The translations under genes and the position numbers were made by a program. A DNA stretch of 64,000 nucleotides from Tannerellaceae bacterium (lineage in GTDB: Bacteria; Bacteroidota; Bacteroidia; Bacteroidales; Tannerellaceae), in contig JAITGS010000015.1 of NCBI GenBank assembly GCA_031280435.1, positions 10,946-74,945 of the forward strand. The letters run 5' to 3'. Positions within the stretch are counted from its first letter, which is position 1. Each line of letters starts with the position of its first letter. The notes below the pieces were generated by a model. The model worked only from the letters and a program-made list of their open reading frames with translations. It made no database searches and had not been told where the DNA came from. Below are positions 49,871 through 58,948 of this stretch, piece after piece.

Positions 49871-49917
49871 CGTAAGTGACCCGCAGGGAGCTACGAGCCG
49901 TTCCGCCAAGGTTCATC

Positions 49918-52380
49918 TTACCGGCCATACAGCAATACATGCTTTACGGGTTCCACAAGCCTGTCAATATCGCCGGCGCCAAGCATTATGACGACGTCGT
50001 TGCTTCTGAGGGCCATTTCGGAGGGCAACTGCTCCTTTGTGCACAGGGTCTTATTCGATATGGCCACCCTGTCGAGTATCATCCGGGAGCTTACGCCGGG
50101 GATGGGCTCTTCGCGGGCGGGATATATGTCGAGCAGTATCAGTTCGTCGAGCAGGGAGAGGGCGGCGGCAAAGTCGTCGGCAAAGTCGCGGGTGCGGGTG
50201 TAGAGGTGGGGCTGGAATATGCCGCAGAGCTTCCTCCCGGCGTAGAGCTCGCGCACCGAGCGTATGGCGGCCTCCAGTTCGGCCGGATGATGCGCATAGT
50301 CGTCTATCAGCACCAGATCATCCCTCTTGATGCGGAAGTCGAAGCGCCGTTCGGAGCCTCCGAAGCTCTCCATAGCCCGCCTTATGTCGTCCTCGCCCAC
50401 GCCGTTGAGGTGGGCTACGGCAATGGCTGCAATGGCGTTCTCTATGTTTATCCGAACGGGTACGCCCAGGCGTATGTCGGCTATCAGGGCATCGGGCAGC
50501 ACCGCATCGAACAGGATCTCGCCGCCTCCTATGCGGATATTATCCGCGCGAAAGTCGCTCTCTCCGTCTATTGAATAGGTATAGAGCCGGACATTGTCCG
50601 CGAGGCGGGGCGACAGCTCTATGCCCTGCTTCATGATCAGGCAACCGCCCGGACGTATGAGGGCGCTGAACTGCTCGAAGGCTTCGCGGTAGGCCTCCGC
50701 CGTTCCGTAGATGTCGAGGTGGTCGGGGTCGGCCGATGTTATCACCGCCATCCAAGGGCGCAGGCTGAGGAAGGAGCGATCGTACTCGTCGGCCTCCACC
50801 ACTGTCAGGTCGCTGTCGGCCGAGAGCAGCAGGTTGGTGCCGTAGTTCTTCAGGATGCCTCCCAGGAAGGCGCTGCAATCCACCGGCGACTGCTTCAGCA
50901 GGTGGGCTATCATAGACGAGGTGGTGGTCTTGCCGTGCGTTCCCGCCACGCACAGCGCCCGCGAGCTTTGGGTTATACGCCCCAGAGCTTCGCTTCGCTT
51001 CATTACCCGGAAGCCGTTGGCGCGGAACCATCTCAGCTCGCTATGCGATTCGGGCACGGCGGGGGTGTATATCACGCATGTTGTTTCCGGCGAGCGAAAC
51101 TGCCTGGGAATACGCTCCACGCTGTCTTCGTAGTGTATGAGGGCGCCTTCGGCTATCAATTGCGCTGTCAGCGCCGAGGGAGTTTTGTCGTATCCTCCTG
51201 CCTGCATGCCCTGCGAGAGATAGTAGCGTATGAGTGCGCTCATGCCTATGCCTCCGGCGCCCACGAAGTAGTAGGCCTCGCCCGTCAGCGCAAGTATGGA
51301 CTTCACGATAGCCCGGTCGCTGTGCCGCAGGGCCAGGGCGCCTATACGGCTGCCGAGGCGCTCCAGCGATTCCTTGTCGGCGGCCAGCTCGATAGCTGTC
51401 GATACCAGCAGGCGGCCGGCATCCCTGTCGGCCACGAGAAGGGCGGCCTCCTTTGACACTAATGCCATAGCGTTCTTAGTTTGATGATCCTCCGCCACAT
51501 TGGGCGATGGAACGAGTATAGCCGCCTTGCCCAGCAGGCAGAGCTCCGAAATGGTTCCGGCTCCGGCGCGGGATATAACTAAGTCGGCTGCCGTATATGC
51601 ATAGTCCATCCTGCTTATGAAATCGGATACCCAAACCTGCGATGCGAGCCCAAGCTCTTCAAGCTGCCGGCGGGCTTCGGCTGCATAGCTTCGTCCGGTT
51701 TGCCAGATGAGCTGTATGCCTGCGCCGGCAAGCCGTTCCAGGCCGTCGGCGAGGCTGCGGTTGATGGTGGCGGCTCCAAGGCTGCCTCCTATGGCGAGCA
51801 GCGTCGTGCGATCAGGCGGCAGATTGAAGAAGGCGCAGGCCTCCTCTCGCTTACCTGAGGCTGCCTCCAAATCCCGGCGTACCGGATTGCCGGTAAGGAG
51901 TATCTTATGCGCAGGGAAGAACCTCTCCATGCCTTCGTAGGCCACAAATATGCCGGCGGCCTTCTTGCCCAGCAGCTTGTTGGTTATGCCCGCATACGAG
52001 TTCTGCTCCTGTATGAAGATCGGAATCCCTTGCGACGAGGCTGCCCACAGCACCGGGCCGCTTGCATAGCCTCCGACGCCTACGACTAAGTCGGGCTTGT
52101 ACTCGTGGATGATTCGGGCGGCCATACTGAGGCTCTTCAGCAGCCGCCACAGCACCTTGAGGTTGCGCAGCGGCCGCTGCCTGTCGAAGCCCATTATGGG
52201 GAGGCCCTTGATGGGATAGCCTGCGGCGGGGACGCGCTCCATTTCCATACGGTTATCGGCGCCGGCAAAGAGTATGTCGGCGTCGGGGAAGCGCTCCCTG
52301 AAGGCGTTCGCTATGGAGATGGCCGGGAAGATGTGACCTCCCGTACCGCCTCCGCTGATAATAATTCTATGGGGTTTCAT
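49918..52380 (-). CDS. murG-murC: Fused MurG-MurC
   Basis: N-half GGGTGGHIFP, GGYAS, EQN, GGSLGA, SRAGA (MurG); C-half FVGAGGIGMS, AGTHGKTTTS, EADEYD, DHLD, DDYAHHP, FQPH, GAGDI (MurC); single 820-aa frame. Confidence 0.92.
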   Translation of the reverse strand: MKPHRIIISGGGTGGHIFPAISIANAFRERFPDADILFAGADNRMEMERVPAAGYPIKGLPIMGFDRQRPLRNLKVLWRLLKSLSMAARIIHEYKPDLVVGVGGYASGPVLWAASSQGIPIFIQEQNSYAGITNKLLGKKAAGIFVAYEGMERFFPAHKILLTGNPVRRDLEAASGKREEACAFFNLPPDRTTLLAIGGSLGAATINRSLADGLERLAGAGIQLIWQTGRSYAAEARRQLEELGLASQVWVSDFISRMDYAYTAADLVISRAGAGTISELCLLGKAAILVPSPNVAEDHQTKNAMALVSKEAALLVADRDAGRLLVSTAIELAADKESLERLGSRIGALALRHSDRAIVKSILALTGEAYYFVGAGGIGMSALIRYYLSQGMQAGGYDKTPSALTAQLIAEGALIHYEDSVERIPRQFRSPETTCVIYTPAVPESHSELRWFRANGFRVMKRSEALGRITQSSRALCVAGTHGKTTTSSMIAHLLKQSPVDCSAFLGGILKNYGTNLLLSADSDLTVVEADEYDRSFLSLRPWMAVITSADPDHLDIYGTAEAYREAFEQFSALIRPGGCLIMKQGIELSPRLADNVRLYTYSIDGESDFRADNIRIGGGEILFDAVLPDALIADIRLGVPVRINIENAIAAIAVAHLNGVGEDDIRRAMESFGGSERRFDFRIKRDDLVLIDDYAHHPAELEAAIRSVRELYAGRKLCGIFQPHLYTRTRDFADDFAAALSLLDELILLDIYPAREEPIPGVSSRMILDRVAISNKTLCTKEQLPSEMALRSNDVVIMLGAGDIDRLVEPVKHVLLYGR

Positions 52381-52434
52381 GCAGTTGATTTCTTATTGGA
52401 TACAGACTTTGATGCAGAGCCTTATGTCGTTTCT

Positions 52435-53706
52435 TCAGGATTGGTTATTCAGTACGGGTTCCAACGGATTGGCGTCGCCGGCGGATATATTGTCGGAGGG
52501 CTCCCCGGCGGCGTCGAGCGCCTCGGCCTCCTTGTTGACGGAGCGGCTGACGCTAAGGATTATGCCGAAGTAGGTGCAGGTGATGATGGTGCTGGTTCCG
52601 CCGTGACTGATGAGCGGCAGCGGCTGCCCCATCACAGGGAAGAGCCCTACGACGCTGGCCATGTTGACAAAGGCCTGGACGCCTATCATCAGCCCGCAGC
52701 CTGTGACGAGGTACTTGGGGAACAGCTTGTCGCACTTGCGGGCTATGAAGCCCACCCTGAACAGTATGGCAATGTAGCCGAGCATGACGAGTATCCCAGC
52801 TACGACGCTCAGCTCCTCGATGATGATGGCGTAGATGTAGTCGGCATAGGCCAGCGGGAGTGTGCTGCGCTGCTGGCCCAGCCCGGGAAAGGAGCCTATG
52901 CTGCCGTTGGCTATGGCTATCTTCGAGTAGGTCTCCTGCCGGTTGTAGTCGGTGATGACGTAGCTCTCCGGGTCGGGCGCGCCCGACGGCTTGGCGAACT
53001 CCATTATCCTGTTCTTCGATTTCTCGAGGAAGTCGTACTTGGCAATCCACTCCTCCTTCAGGGTGAACAGCGATCCTATGAACAATGCGCCTGTCAGGCC
53101 CAAAGCCAGCGTGAGCGTCAACATTCGCCTGAAAGCTATGCCTCCGATGAACATCAGCATATAGCCGAATACTATGACGAACACAGCCGTCGACACATTC
53201 TCGGTAACAATCAGGGCCACCATGGTAAACACTCCTATAAGTATGTACCTGAACATGCGGGCCTCCGTGTACTGACGCCGGACGCTCAGGCAATAGGCAA
53301 TGAAGATTACGTTCGTGAGCTTGGCCACCTCCGAGGGCTGGAACCGGAATCCGAACAGCGTGAGCCATCGCTTGGAGCCGTTGATCTCGTCGCCTATGAA
53401 TAGCGTCAGTACCAGCAGAAGGATGGGCAGCACATGCAGCAAGGCGCCTAAGGTGAAGGCTCGCACTGGCAGATATTGCAGGAACATCACCACGAAGATG
53501 CCGGCCATGAGCATCTGTCCGTGCCGGATCGTGGGCGACCAGTAGTTGCCGGCCTTGTAGGTGAGCGATGCGCTGGCGCTGAATACCTCGACGAACGACA
53601 AAACGCACATGAACAGGAATATGATCCAGATGATCTTATCCCCGCTCAAGAGCATAGCCCTGAAGCTTTTTCCTTTCCGGGCCTCCGTTACAGGTTCCTC
53701 ACGCAT
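52435..53706 (-). CDS. ftsW: SEDS peptidoglycan polymerase FtsW
   Basis: VFSAS, INGSKRW, FQPSEVAK, ADYIYAIIIEE, GQPLPLISHGGTS. Confidence 0.92.
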   Translation of the reverse strand: MREEPVTEARKGKSFRAMLLSGDKIIWIIFLFMCVLSFVEVFSASASLTYKAGNYWSPTIRHGQMLMAGIFVVMFLQYLPVRAFTLGALLHVLPILLLVLTLFIGDEINGSKRWLTLFGFRFQPSEVAKLTNVIFIAYCLSVRRQYTEARMFRYILIGVFTMVALIVTENVSTAVFVIVFGYMLMFIGGIAFRRMLTLTLALGLTGALFIGSLFTLKEEWIAKYDFLEKSKNRIMEFAKPSGAPDPESYVITDYNRQETYSKIAIANGSIGSFPGLGQQRSTLPLAYADYIYAIIIEELSVVAGILVMLGYIAILFRVGFIARKCDKLFPKYLVTGCGLMIGVQAFVNMASVVGLFPVMGQPLPLISHGGTSTIITCTYFGIILSVSRSVNKEAEALDAAGEPSDNISAGDANPLEPVLNNQS

Positions 53707-55040
53707 ATCCTGAACTGGTTGCCCCGGTCTTCGTAGTTCATGAACAGGTCGAAGCTTGCGCAGCAGGGCGACAGCAATACGGTCTGGCCCTTCTCGGCAA
53801 GGCCGTATGCCTGCCCGACGGCTTCGCTCATGGAGGAAGCGTCGCTGATGAGCTCAACCTTGCCGTCGAAATACTCGTGGAGCTTGCTGTTGTCGGCGCC
53901 AAGGAAGATCAGCGCGCATACTTTCTCGCGCACCAGCTTCTCTATCGCCGAATAGTCGTTGCCCTTGTCGGTGCCCCCCAGGATGAGCACTATGCGGCTG
54001 CGCACGGTCTGGAGGGCATACCAGCAGGAGTTGACGTTGGTGGCTTTGGAATCGTTAATGTAGTCCACTCCGCGAACGCGGGCAACGTGTTCCATGCGGT
54101 GGGGCACGCCTATGAAATTGCTGAGCGATTCGCGGATGTTGTCCTTCTTGATGTAGATTGCCCGGGCGGCTATTCCGGCCGCTAATGAGTTGTAAAGATT
54201 ATGTTCTCCTTTCAGAGATAGCGATTCTTTGTTCATACTAAATTCTTCATTACTTGTGTTTATTGTTATAAGGTCATTGTTTGTGTAGCCCGCCGGCCCT
54301 TCCCTTTGCCCGGCGGCGAAGGGATAAGGGCGAGACGGAATGGTTCGTTTGTGCACTTCGCCGGCTATAATGGGGTCGTCGGCCCAGTATATAAAGGCGT
54401 CGTCGGCAGTCTGATTCTGCACGATGCGGAATTTAGAATCTACATAGAGTTGCATGTCGTGGTTGTAACGATCCAGATGGTCGGGAGTAATATTAAGCAG
54501 TACGGCTATGTTGGCCCTGAAGTCGTACATGTTGTCGAGCTGAAAGCTGCTGAGCTCAACCACGTAATACTCGTGAGGCTCTTCGGCTACCTGCATGGCC
54601 AGGCTGTGCCCCACGTTGCCGGCAAGCCCCACGTCGAGGCCGGCGCTCTTCAGGATATGATACGTGAGCATGGTGGTGGTAGTCTTGCCGTTGCTGCCCG
54701 TGATGCAGATCATGAACGACGAAGTATAGCGGCCCGCAAATTCTATCTCGGAGATGACAGGGATGCCCTTCGCCTGCAGCTTGCGCATTATCGGAGCCGT
54801 ATCCGGGATGCCGGGGCTCTTGATCACCTCGGCGGCATTGAGGATCAAGGCCTCGGTATGCCCCTTCTCCTCCCAGCTTATGCCGCGCGAATCCAAGGCT
54901 GCACGGAACGATTCTTTGATGGGGCCGGCGTCGGACACAAACAGGTCGAAACCCTTTTGACGGGCCAGGGCGGCGGCCCCCACCCCACTCTCGCCGGCTC
55001 CCAGAACAACTATGCGAGGCTTATCCGCTGCGCCGCTCAT
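53688..55040 (-). CDS. murD: UDP-MurNAc-L-Ala--D-Glu ligase
   Basis: LGAGESG, KSPGI, ITGSNGKTTT, ELSSFQL, DHLDRY, NDSKATN, LLSPCCASFD. Confidence 0.96.
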   Translation of the reverse strand: MSGAADKPRIVVLGAGESGVGAAALARQKGFDLFVSDAGPIKESFRAALDSRGISWEEKGHTEALILNAAEVIKSPGIPDTAPIMRKLQAKGIPVISEIEFAGRYTSSFMICITGSNGKTTTTMLTYHILKSAGLDVGLAGNVGHSLAMQVAEEPHEYYVVELSSFQLDNMYDFRANIAVLLNITPDHLDRYNHDMQLYVDSKFRIVQNQTADDAFIYWADDPIIAGEVHKRTIPSRPYPFAAGQREGPAGYTNNDLITINTSNEEFSMNKESLSLKGEHNLYNSLAAGIAARAIYIKKDNIRESLSNFIGVPHRMEHVARVRGVDYINDSKATNVNSCWYALQTVRSRIVLILGGTDKGNDYSAIEKLVREKVCALIFLGADNSKLHEYFDGKVELISDASSMSEAVGQAYGLAEKGQTVLLSPCCASFDLFMNYEDRGNQFRICVRNL

Positions 55041-56299
55041 CTCATCTTAAGGGTTACAATGGTTATCACCGCCAGAATCACCCCCACCAGCAGGAAGCGA
55101 ACCACGAGCTTAGACTCAGGCACTATGTTCATCGGCCGCTGAATCCATGCATCAACGCCGCTGTTGCCCTTCACCTGGAAATGATGGTGCAGAGGCGTCA
55201 TCTTGAACACCCGGCGCCCCTTGCCGTACATCTTCTTGGTCAGCTTGAAATAGCCCCGCTGAACCAGCACCGACACGGCTTCCGCAAAAAATATCCCGCA
55301 GAGTATGGGCAAAAGCAACTCCTTGCGGATAAGGATTGCGAACACGGCTATTATACCCCCAAGCGTCAGGCTGCCGGTATCGCCCATAAACACCTGAGCC
55401 GGGTTGGCATTATACCACAAAAAGCCCATAGTGGCGCCGAAGAATGCTGCGGCAAACACCACAAGCTCCTCGGCGCCGGGGATAAACATAATGTTCAGAA
55501 AGGATGCGAACTCGGCATGCGATGACATGTAGCCGAGTATCCCAAGGGCTATGCCTATGATGGCCGAGCTGCCGGCGGCCAGCCCGTCGAGCCCGTCCGT
55601 GAGGTTGGCCCCGTTTGACACCGCCGATATGATGAAGGCCACCGCCACCACGAAGATGATGCAGGTGAGCGGCTCCTGGTGAGGGCCCGCCCAGCGCACT
55701 AAGTTGCGATAGTCCCAGTTGTTGTTCTTCATGAAGGGAATGGTGGTGCGGGTCGACTTGGTTTCCTCCGTATGGATGTTCACGCGGCCCACCGTTTGGT
55801 TCACGGTCAGCGTTTCGCGGTTCTCGCGTATCACCACTCCGGGGCTGAAGTACAGCGTGCAGGCAACGATGATGCCCAGCACAATCTGCCCTATGATTTT
55901 GTAGCGCCCGTGCAGCCCCTTCTTGTTCTTGCGAACCACCTTTATATAGTCGTCGGCAAAGCCTATGCAGCCCAGCCAAATCGTTGTAACAAGCATCAGC
56001 AGCGTATATATATTGTTGAGCCGGGCAAAAAGCAGGGTGGGCGCCAATATGGCTATGATGATGATGACGCCTCCCATGGTGGGCGTGTTTTTCTTGCTCT
56101 CCTGCCCTTCGAGGCCAAGGTTCCTGACCGTTTCGCCTATCTGCATCTTGCGCAATTTGTCGATGATGCGATGACCTATGGCCGTTGATATGAACAAAGA
56201 CAGGATTAAGGCCATTCCGGAGCGGAAGGATACGTACTTAAACATTCCGGCCCCGGGGAAATCCTGCTGGTGTAACCAGTGAAACAAATCGTATAGCAT
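55037..56299 (-). CDS. mraY: Phospho-MurNAc-pentapeptide transferase
   Basis: TPTMGG, DDYIK, NLTDGLDGL, FMGDTGS, PLHHHF. Confidence 0.96.
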   Translation of the reverse strand: MLYDLFHWLHQQDFPGAGMFKYVSFRSGMALILSLFISTAIGHRIIDKLRKMQIGETVRNLGLEGQESKKNTPTMGGVIIIIAILAPTLLFARLNNIYTLLMLVTTIWLGCIGFADDYIKVVRKNKKGLHGRYKIIGQIVLGIIVACTLYFSPGVVIRENRETLTVNQTVGRVNIHTEETKSTRTTIPFMKNNNWDYRNLVRWAGPHQEPLTCIIFVVAVAFIISAVSNGANLTDGLDGLAAGSSAIIGIALGILGYMSSHAEFASFLNIMFIPGAEELVVFAAAFFGATMGFLWYNANPAQVFMGDTGSLTLGGIIAVFAILIRKELLLPILCGIFFAEAVSVLVQRGYFKLTKKMYGKGRRVFKMTPLHHHFQVKGNSGVDAWIQRPMNIVPESKLVVRFLLVGVILAVITIVTLKMR

Positions 56300-56364
56300 G
56301 CTGTATCTGTTTAAATTTTTGTTTTGTATACCGTATAATCTCTATCCGCCGGCGAGCCGCCGGG

Positions 56365-57050
56365 AGAAACCTCTGCGCAGCAAAAGCCTCGTTCGGGCCC
56401 GCCGCAAGTCATATCTGCGCAGCAACAACTTCCTTTTGGAATTTGGGAGGCAATATCTGCGTAGAAAAAGCCTCTTTTTGGGGGATGAGAGGCAATATCT
56501 GCGTAGAAAAAGCTTCTTTTTGGGGGATGAGAGGCAATATCTGTGTAGAAAAAACTTCTTTTTGGGCCGATAAAACTGATTTCTGCGCAGAAACGGCCTC
56601 TTTTTTTGCCGCGGGAACCTCTAACTGCGCAGAAACGACTTTTCCGAGGGGTGACGGAAGCAATTGTTGCGCAGAAAAAGTTTGGGCTTGAGGTGCGGGA
56701 AGCAATTGCTGCGCAGAAATAAGTTCGGCTTGAGGTGCGGGAAGCAATTGCTGCGTAGAAAAAGTCCCGGCTTGAGGTGGGGGAAGCAATTGTTGTACCG
56801 CTAAGCCCTTCCGACGAGCCGGCCGGAACCGGTGCAAACCTACGCGAGCCTGCTTTTTCGGAAATCCGAGCCGGCGTAGGCCTGCGCAGACTTACTTTTT
56901 CCGAAATCCGAGCCGGTGTAGGCCTGCGCAGACTTACTTTCTCCGAAATCCGAGCCGGCGTAGGCCTGCGCAGACTTACTTTTTCCAAAATCCGAGCCGG
57001 TGTAGGCCTGCGCAGACTTGTTTTCTCCGAAATCCGAGCCGGTGTAGCTT
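56365..57050. repeat. Compound tandem array H, 42-bp period, about 16 units in drifting sub-families
   Basis: tgcg-type core at 56374, 56416 ... 56794 (11 units in register); then a 47-bp step and units at 56841, 56883, 56925, 56967, 57009. Confidence 0.92.
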
Positions 57051-57130
57051 TACTAATGTTAGCAGGAGGCTGCGGGAGGCTGTCGCTGTGCAACATTTGT
57101 ATGCCGAGCGGACCGGTAATGTTTATGATG

Positions 57131-58093
57131 CTATCCATTGCGCCGCCGGCTTGAGTATCGTTTACAAAACTTATCCGCATCGTCTTCAAGTTTTACGATC
57201 TCGGGATATGCCCCGAAAGAGAGGTTCATCATCAGGTGCTGCTTGAAGTTGAGCCGCTCCTCATAGTATTCGCGCTTGTGATGGCTGTCGTAATCAACGG
57301 TAACGCCGGTTTCCAGCCGGCTTCTGAGCTGCTTTACCAGCTTCATAACGACCTGGTCGAGCATGTTGTGGCCGCGCAGATAGAGCCAGGCGTTTTCGGG
57401 CCTGAGGCCGGCATGGCCGAAGCGTGCGGCAAGCTTTTCGGTGTCGATGCCGGCATATATCTTCTGCAAAGCCAGCTCTTTGGGCCTCACGCGCTTGCGC
57501 AGCGAACGTATAAGGGCATCCCGGTCGGGCTCTGCAACATCTACGGACATATATTGCGCAAATTCGCTCATGGGAAAAACATCGTCGTCGGTTTCAACCG
57601 AAAGCAGATGATAGAGAAACAGAGGGTAAAGCGCCTCGGAATACTCCTTCAGGAAGGCGGCGAAATCGAATTGCGGCCTGCCGAGACCCAGCCGGCGGAA
57701 TGTGTCGAGGATGTTATCGGGATGACAGAAGTGATTTTCGAGCGAGTAGGTATATGTCTGAAACACATAGTGCCCTGTGTTGATTCGCGGCTCCCTCATG
57801 AGGCGCCTGTAATCGCTGTCTATACAAACAAAGAAGCCGTCGGAGAGGCATCCGTAGTGCATGTACCGGAGGCATACGGAGCAGCCGGTGGCCTTTTGCC
57901 CCAGCGGATTGCGGCTGAAGGTGACGTAGTCGAACCGGCAGTCCGGAGCCGCCTGCCTGAAGACCTGATCCCAGAACAGCCGGTCGAAGTCTGCTTCGAG
58001 ATGCACGGCGGCTGTGCATCCTTTGAGCCTGGCCCGGTTCTTATAGTAGAGGGCGAGGCGGCTGAAATAGGTTCGCTTGTCGGCTGGGGTCAT
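57131..58093 (-). CDS. DUF4435-like TOPRIM protein (AriB-like)
   Basis: VHLE..FD..FW, CIDSDY, FQTYTYSLEN, RGH motifs; start ATG 58093, 2 bp after the ATPase stop. Confidence 0.78.
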   Translation of the reverse strand: MTPADKRTYFSRLALYYKNRARLKGCTAAVHLEADFDRLFWDQVFRQAAPDCRFDYVTFSRNPLGQKATGCSVCLRYMHYGCLSDGFFVCIDSDYRRLMREPRINTGHYVFQTYTYSLENHFCHPDNILDTFRRLGLGRPQFDFAAFLKEYSEALYPLFLYHLLSVETDDDVFPMSEFAQYMSVDVAEPDRDALIRSLRKRVRPKELALQKIYAGIDTEKLAARFGHAGLRPENAWLYLRGHNMLDQVVMKLVKQLRSRLETGVTVDYDSHHKREYYEERLNFKQHLMMNLSFGAYPEIVKLEDDADKFCKRYSSRRRNG

Positions 58094-58095
58094 AG

Positions 58096-58905
58096 TTACA
58101 AAGGGCTGATAAGTTCTTCGGTGAAGAAGAGTTTGTCGCCCCATCCCTCTCCGAAGATGGAGGGCGAATGGGTGGCGACGAGCAACTGCAGCTTGGGATT
58201 GAGGGCTTTGAGCACGTCTATGAAGCGCTGCTGCCAGCCTATGTGGAGCGAGATTTCGGGCTCGTCGGTCAGCATCATGTAAGGCTGGTCTTCCATGAGG
58301 AAAACGGTGAAGAGTATGACCATCAGCTGCTTTTCTCCGGAAGAGAGGCGGCTGATAGGTATGCGCTCGCCGGCCTGCCTGAAGTAGAGCATGCTGCTAT
58401 CGCGGTCGATCTCCACGGTTTTGTCGGTTTCGGCGCATAGCTCGTCTATGAGTGCGAAGAGCTTCTTGATGCGGTTGTTCACCGTGGTGGCCTCGGCATA
58501 AGAGTTGGTTGCCTTGAGCCTGTACCCTGAGAAGGATTTTTGGTTGTTGCCAAGCGCGTAGAGCACCCTCTGGAGCTCCTTGTCGAGCGGGGTTTCGTCG
58601 CGGCTCGGCATCTTCCTGAGCGGCACGTCGAAGGTGGTGACGTACTCGTGCCTGATTTCCGGCATGGGTATGGGCTTGCCGTTGTAGGTGAAGGTGGAGC
58701 CGTCGGCGAGGCTGATGGAAATCTCTATGCTCCGCTGCTTGAGCCAGGTGAAGTTGCCCGAAAGCAAGGCGTCGACGCAGCGCAGTATGGTTGTTTTGCC
58801 GGAGCCGTTGACGCCCACAAGTATGTTGACGTCGGGATGCAGGTTCCAGTGGAGGCGATACTTGCCGAAGAGCCCGGCAATAGAGATGCTGTTGATGGTA
58901 TTCAT
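58096..58905 (-). CDS. ABC-type ATPase (AAA_15/AAA_21-like; AriA-like)
   Basis: Walker A GVNGSGKTT, signature LSSGEKQ, Walker B/D-loop LTDEPEISLH, H-loop ATHSP. Confidence 0.88.
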   Translation of the reverse strand: MNTINSISIAGLFGKYRLHWNLHPDVNILVGVNGSGKTTILRCVDALLSGNFTWLKQRSIEISISLADGSTFTYNGKPIPMPEIRHEYVTTFDVPLRKMPSRDETPLDKELQRVLYALGNNQKSFSGYRLKATNSYAEATTVNNRIKKLFALIDELCAETDKTVEIDRDSSMLYFRQAGERIPISRLSSGEKQLMVILFTVFLMEDQPYMMLTDEPEISLHIGWQQRFIDVLKALNPKLQLLVATHSPSIFGEGWGDKLFFTEELISPL

Positions 58906-58948
58906 GAGGGTATGATTGAATGTTTAGAGGTTGAAGTGTGCCGGCAAA

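Noticed and set aside
56311-57189. 292-aa minus-strand ORF with 14-aa repeats over array H (and the 26833-27643 ORFs over array D)
   Set aside because: Not called as CDS. It overlaps the DUF4435 gene, other frames are also open, the 47-bp step changes how the repeat is read, and sister arrays have non-triplet periods. Translation cannot be fully excluded without proteomics.
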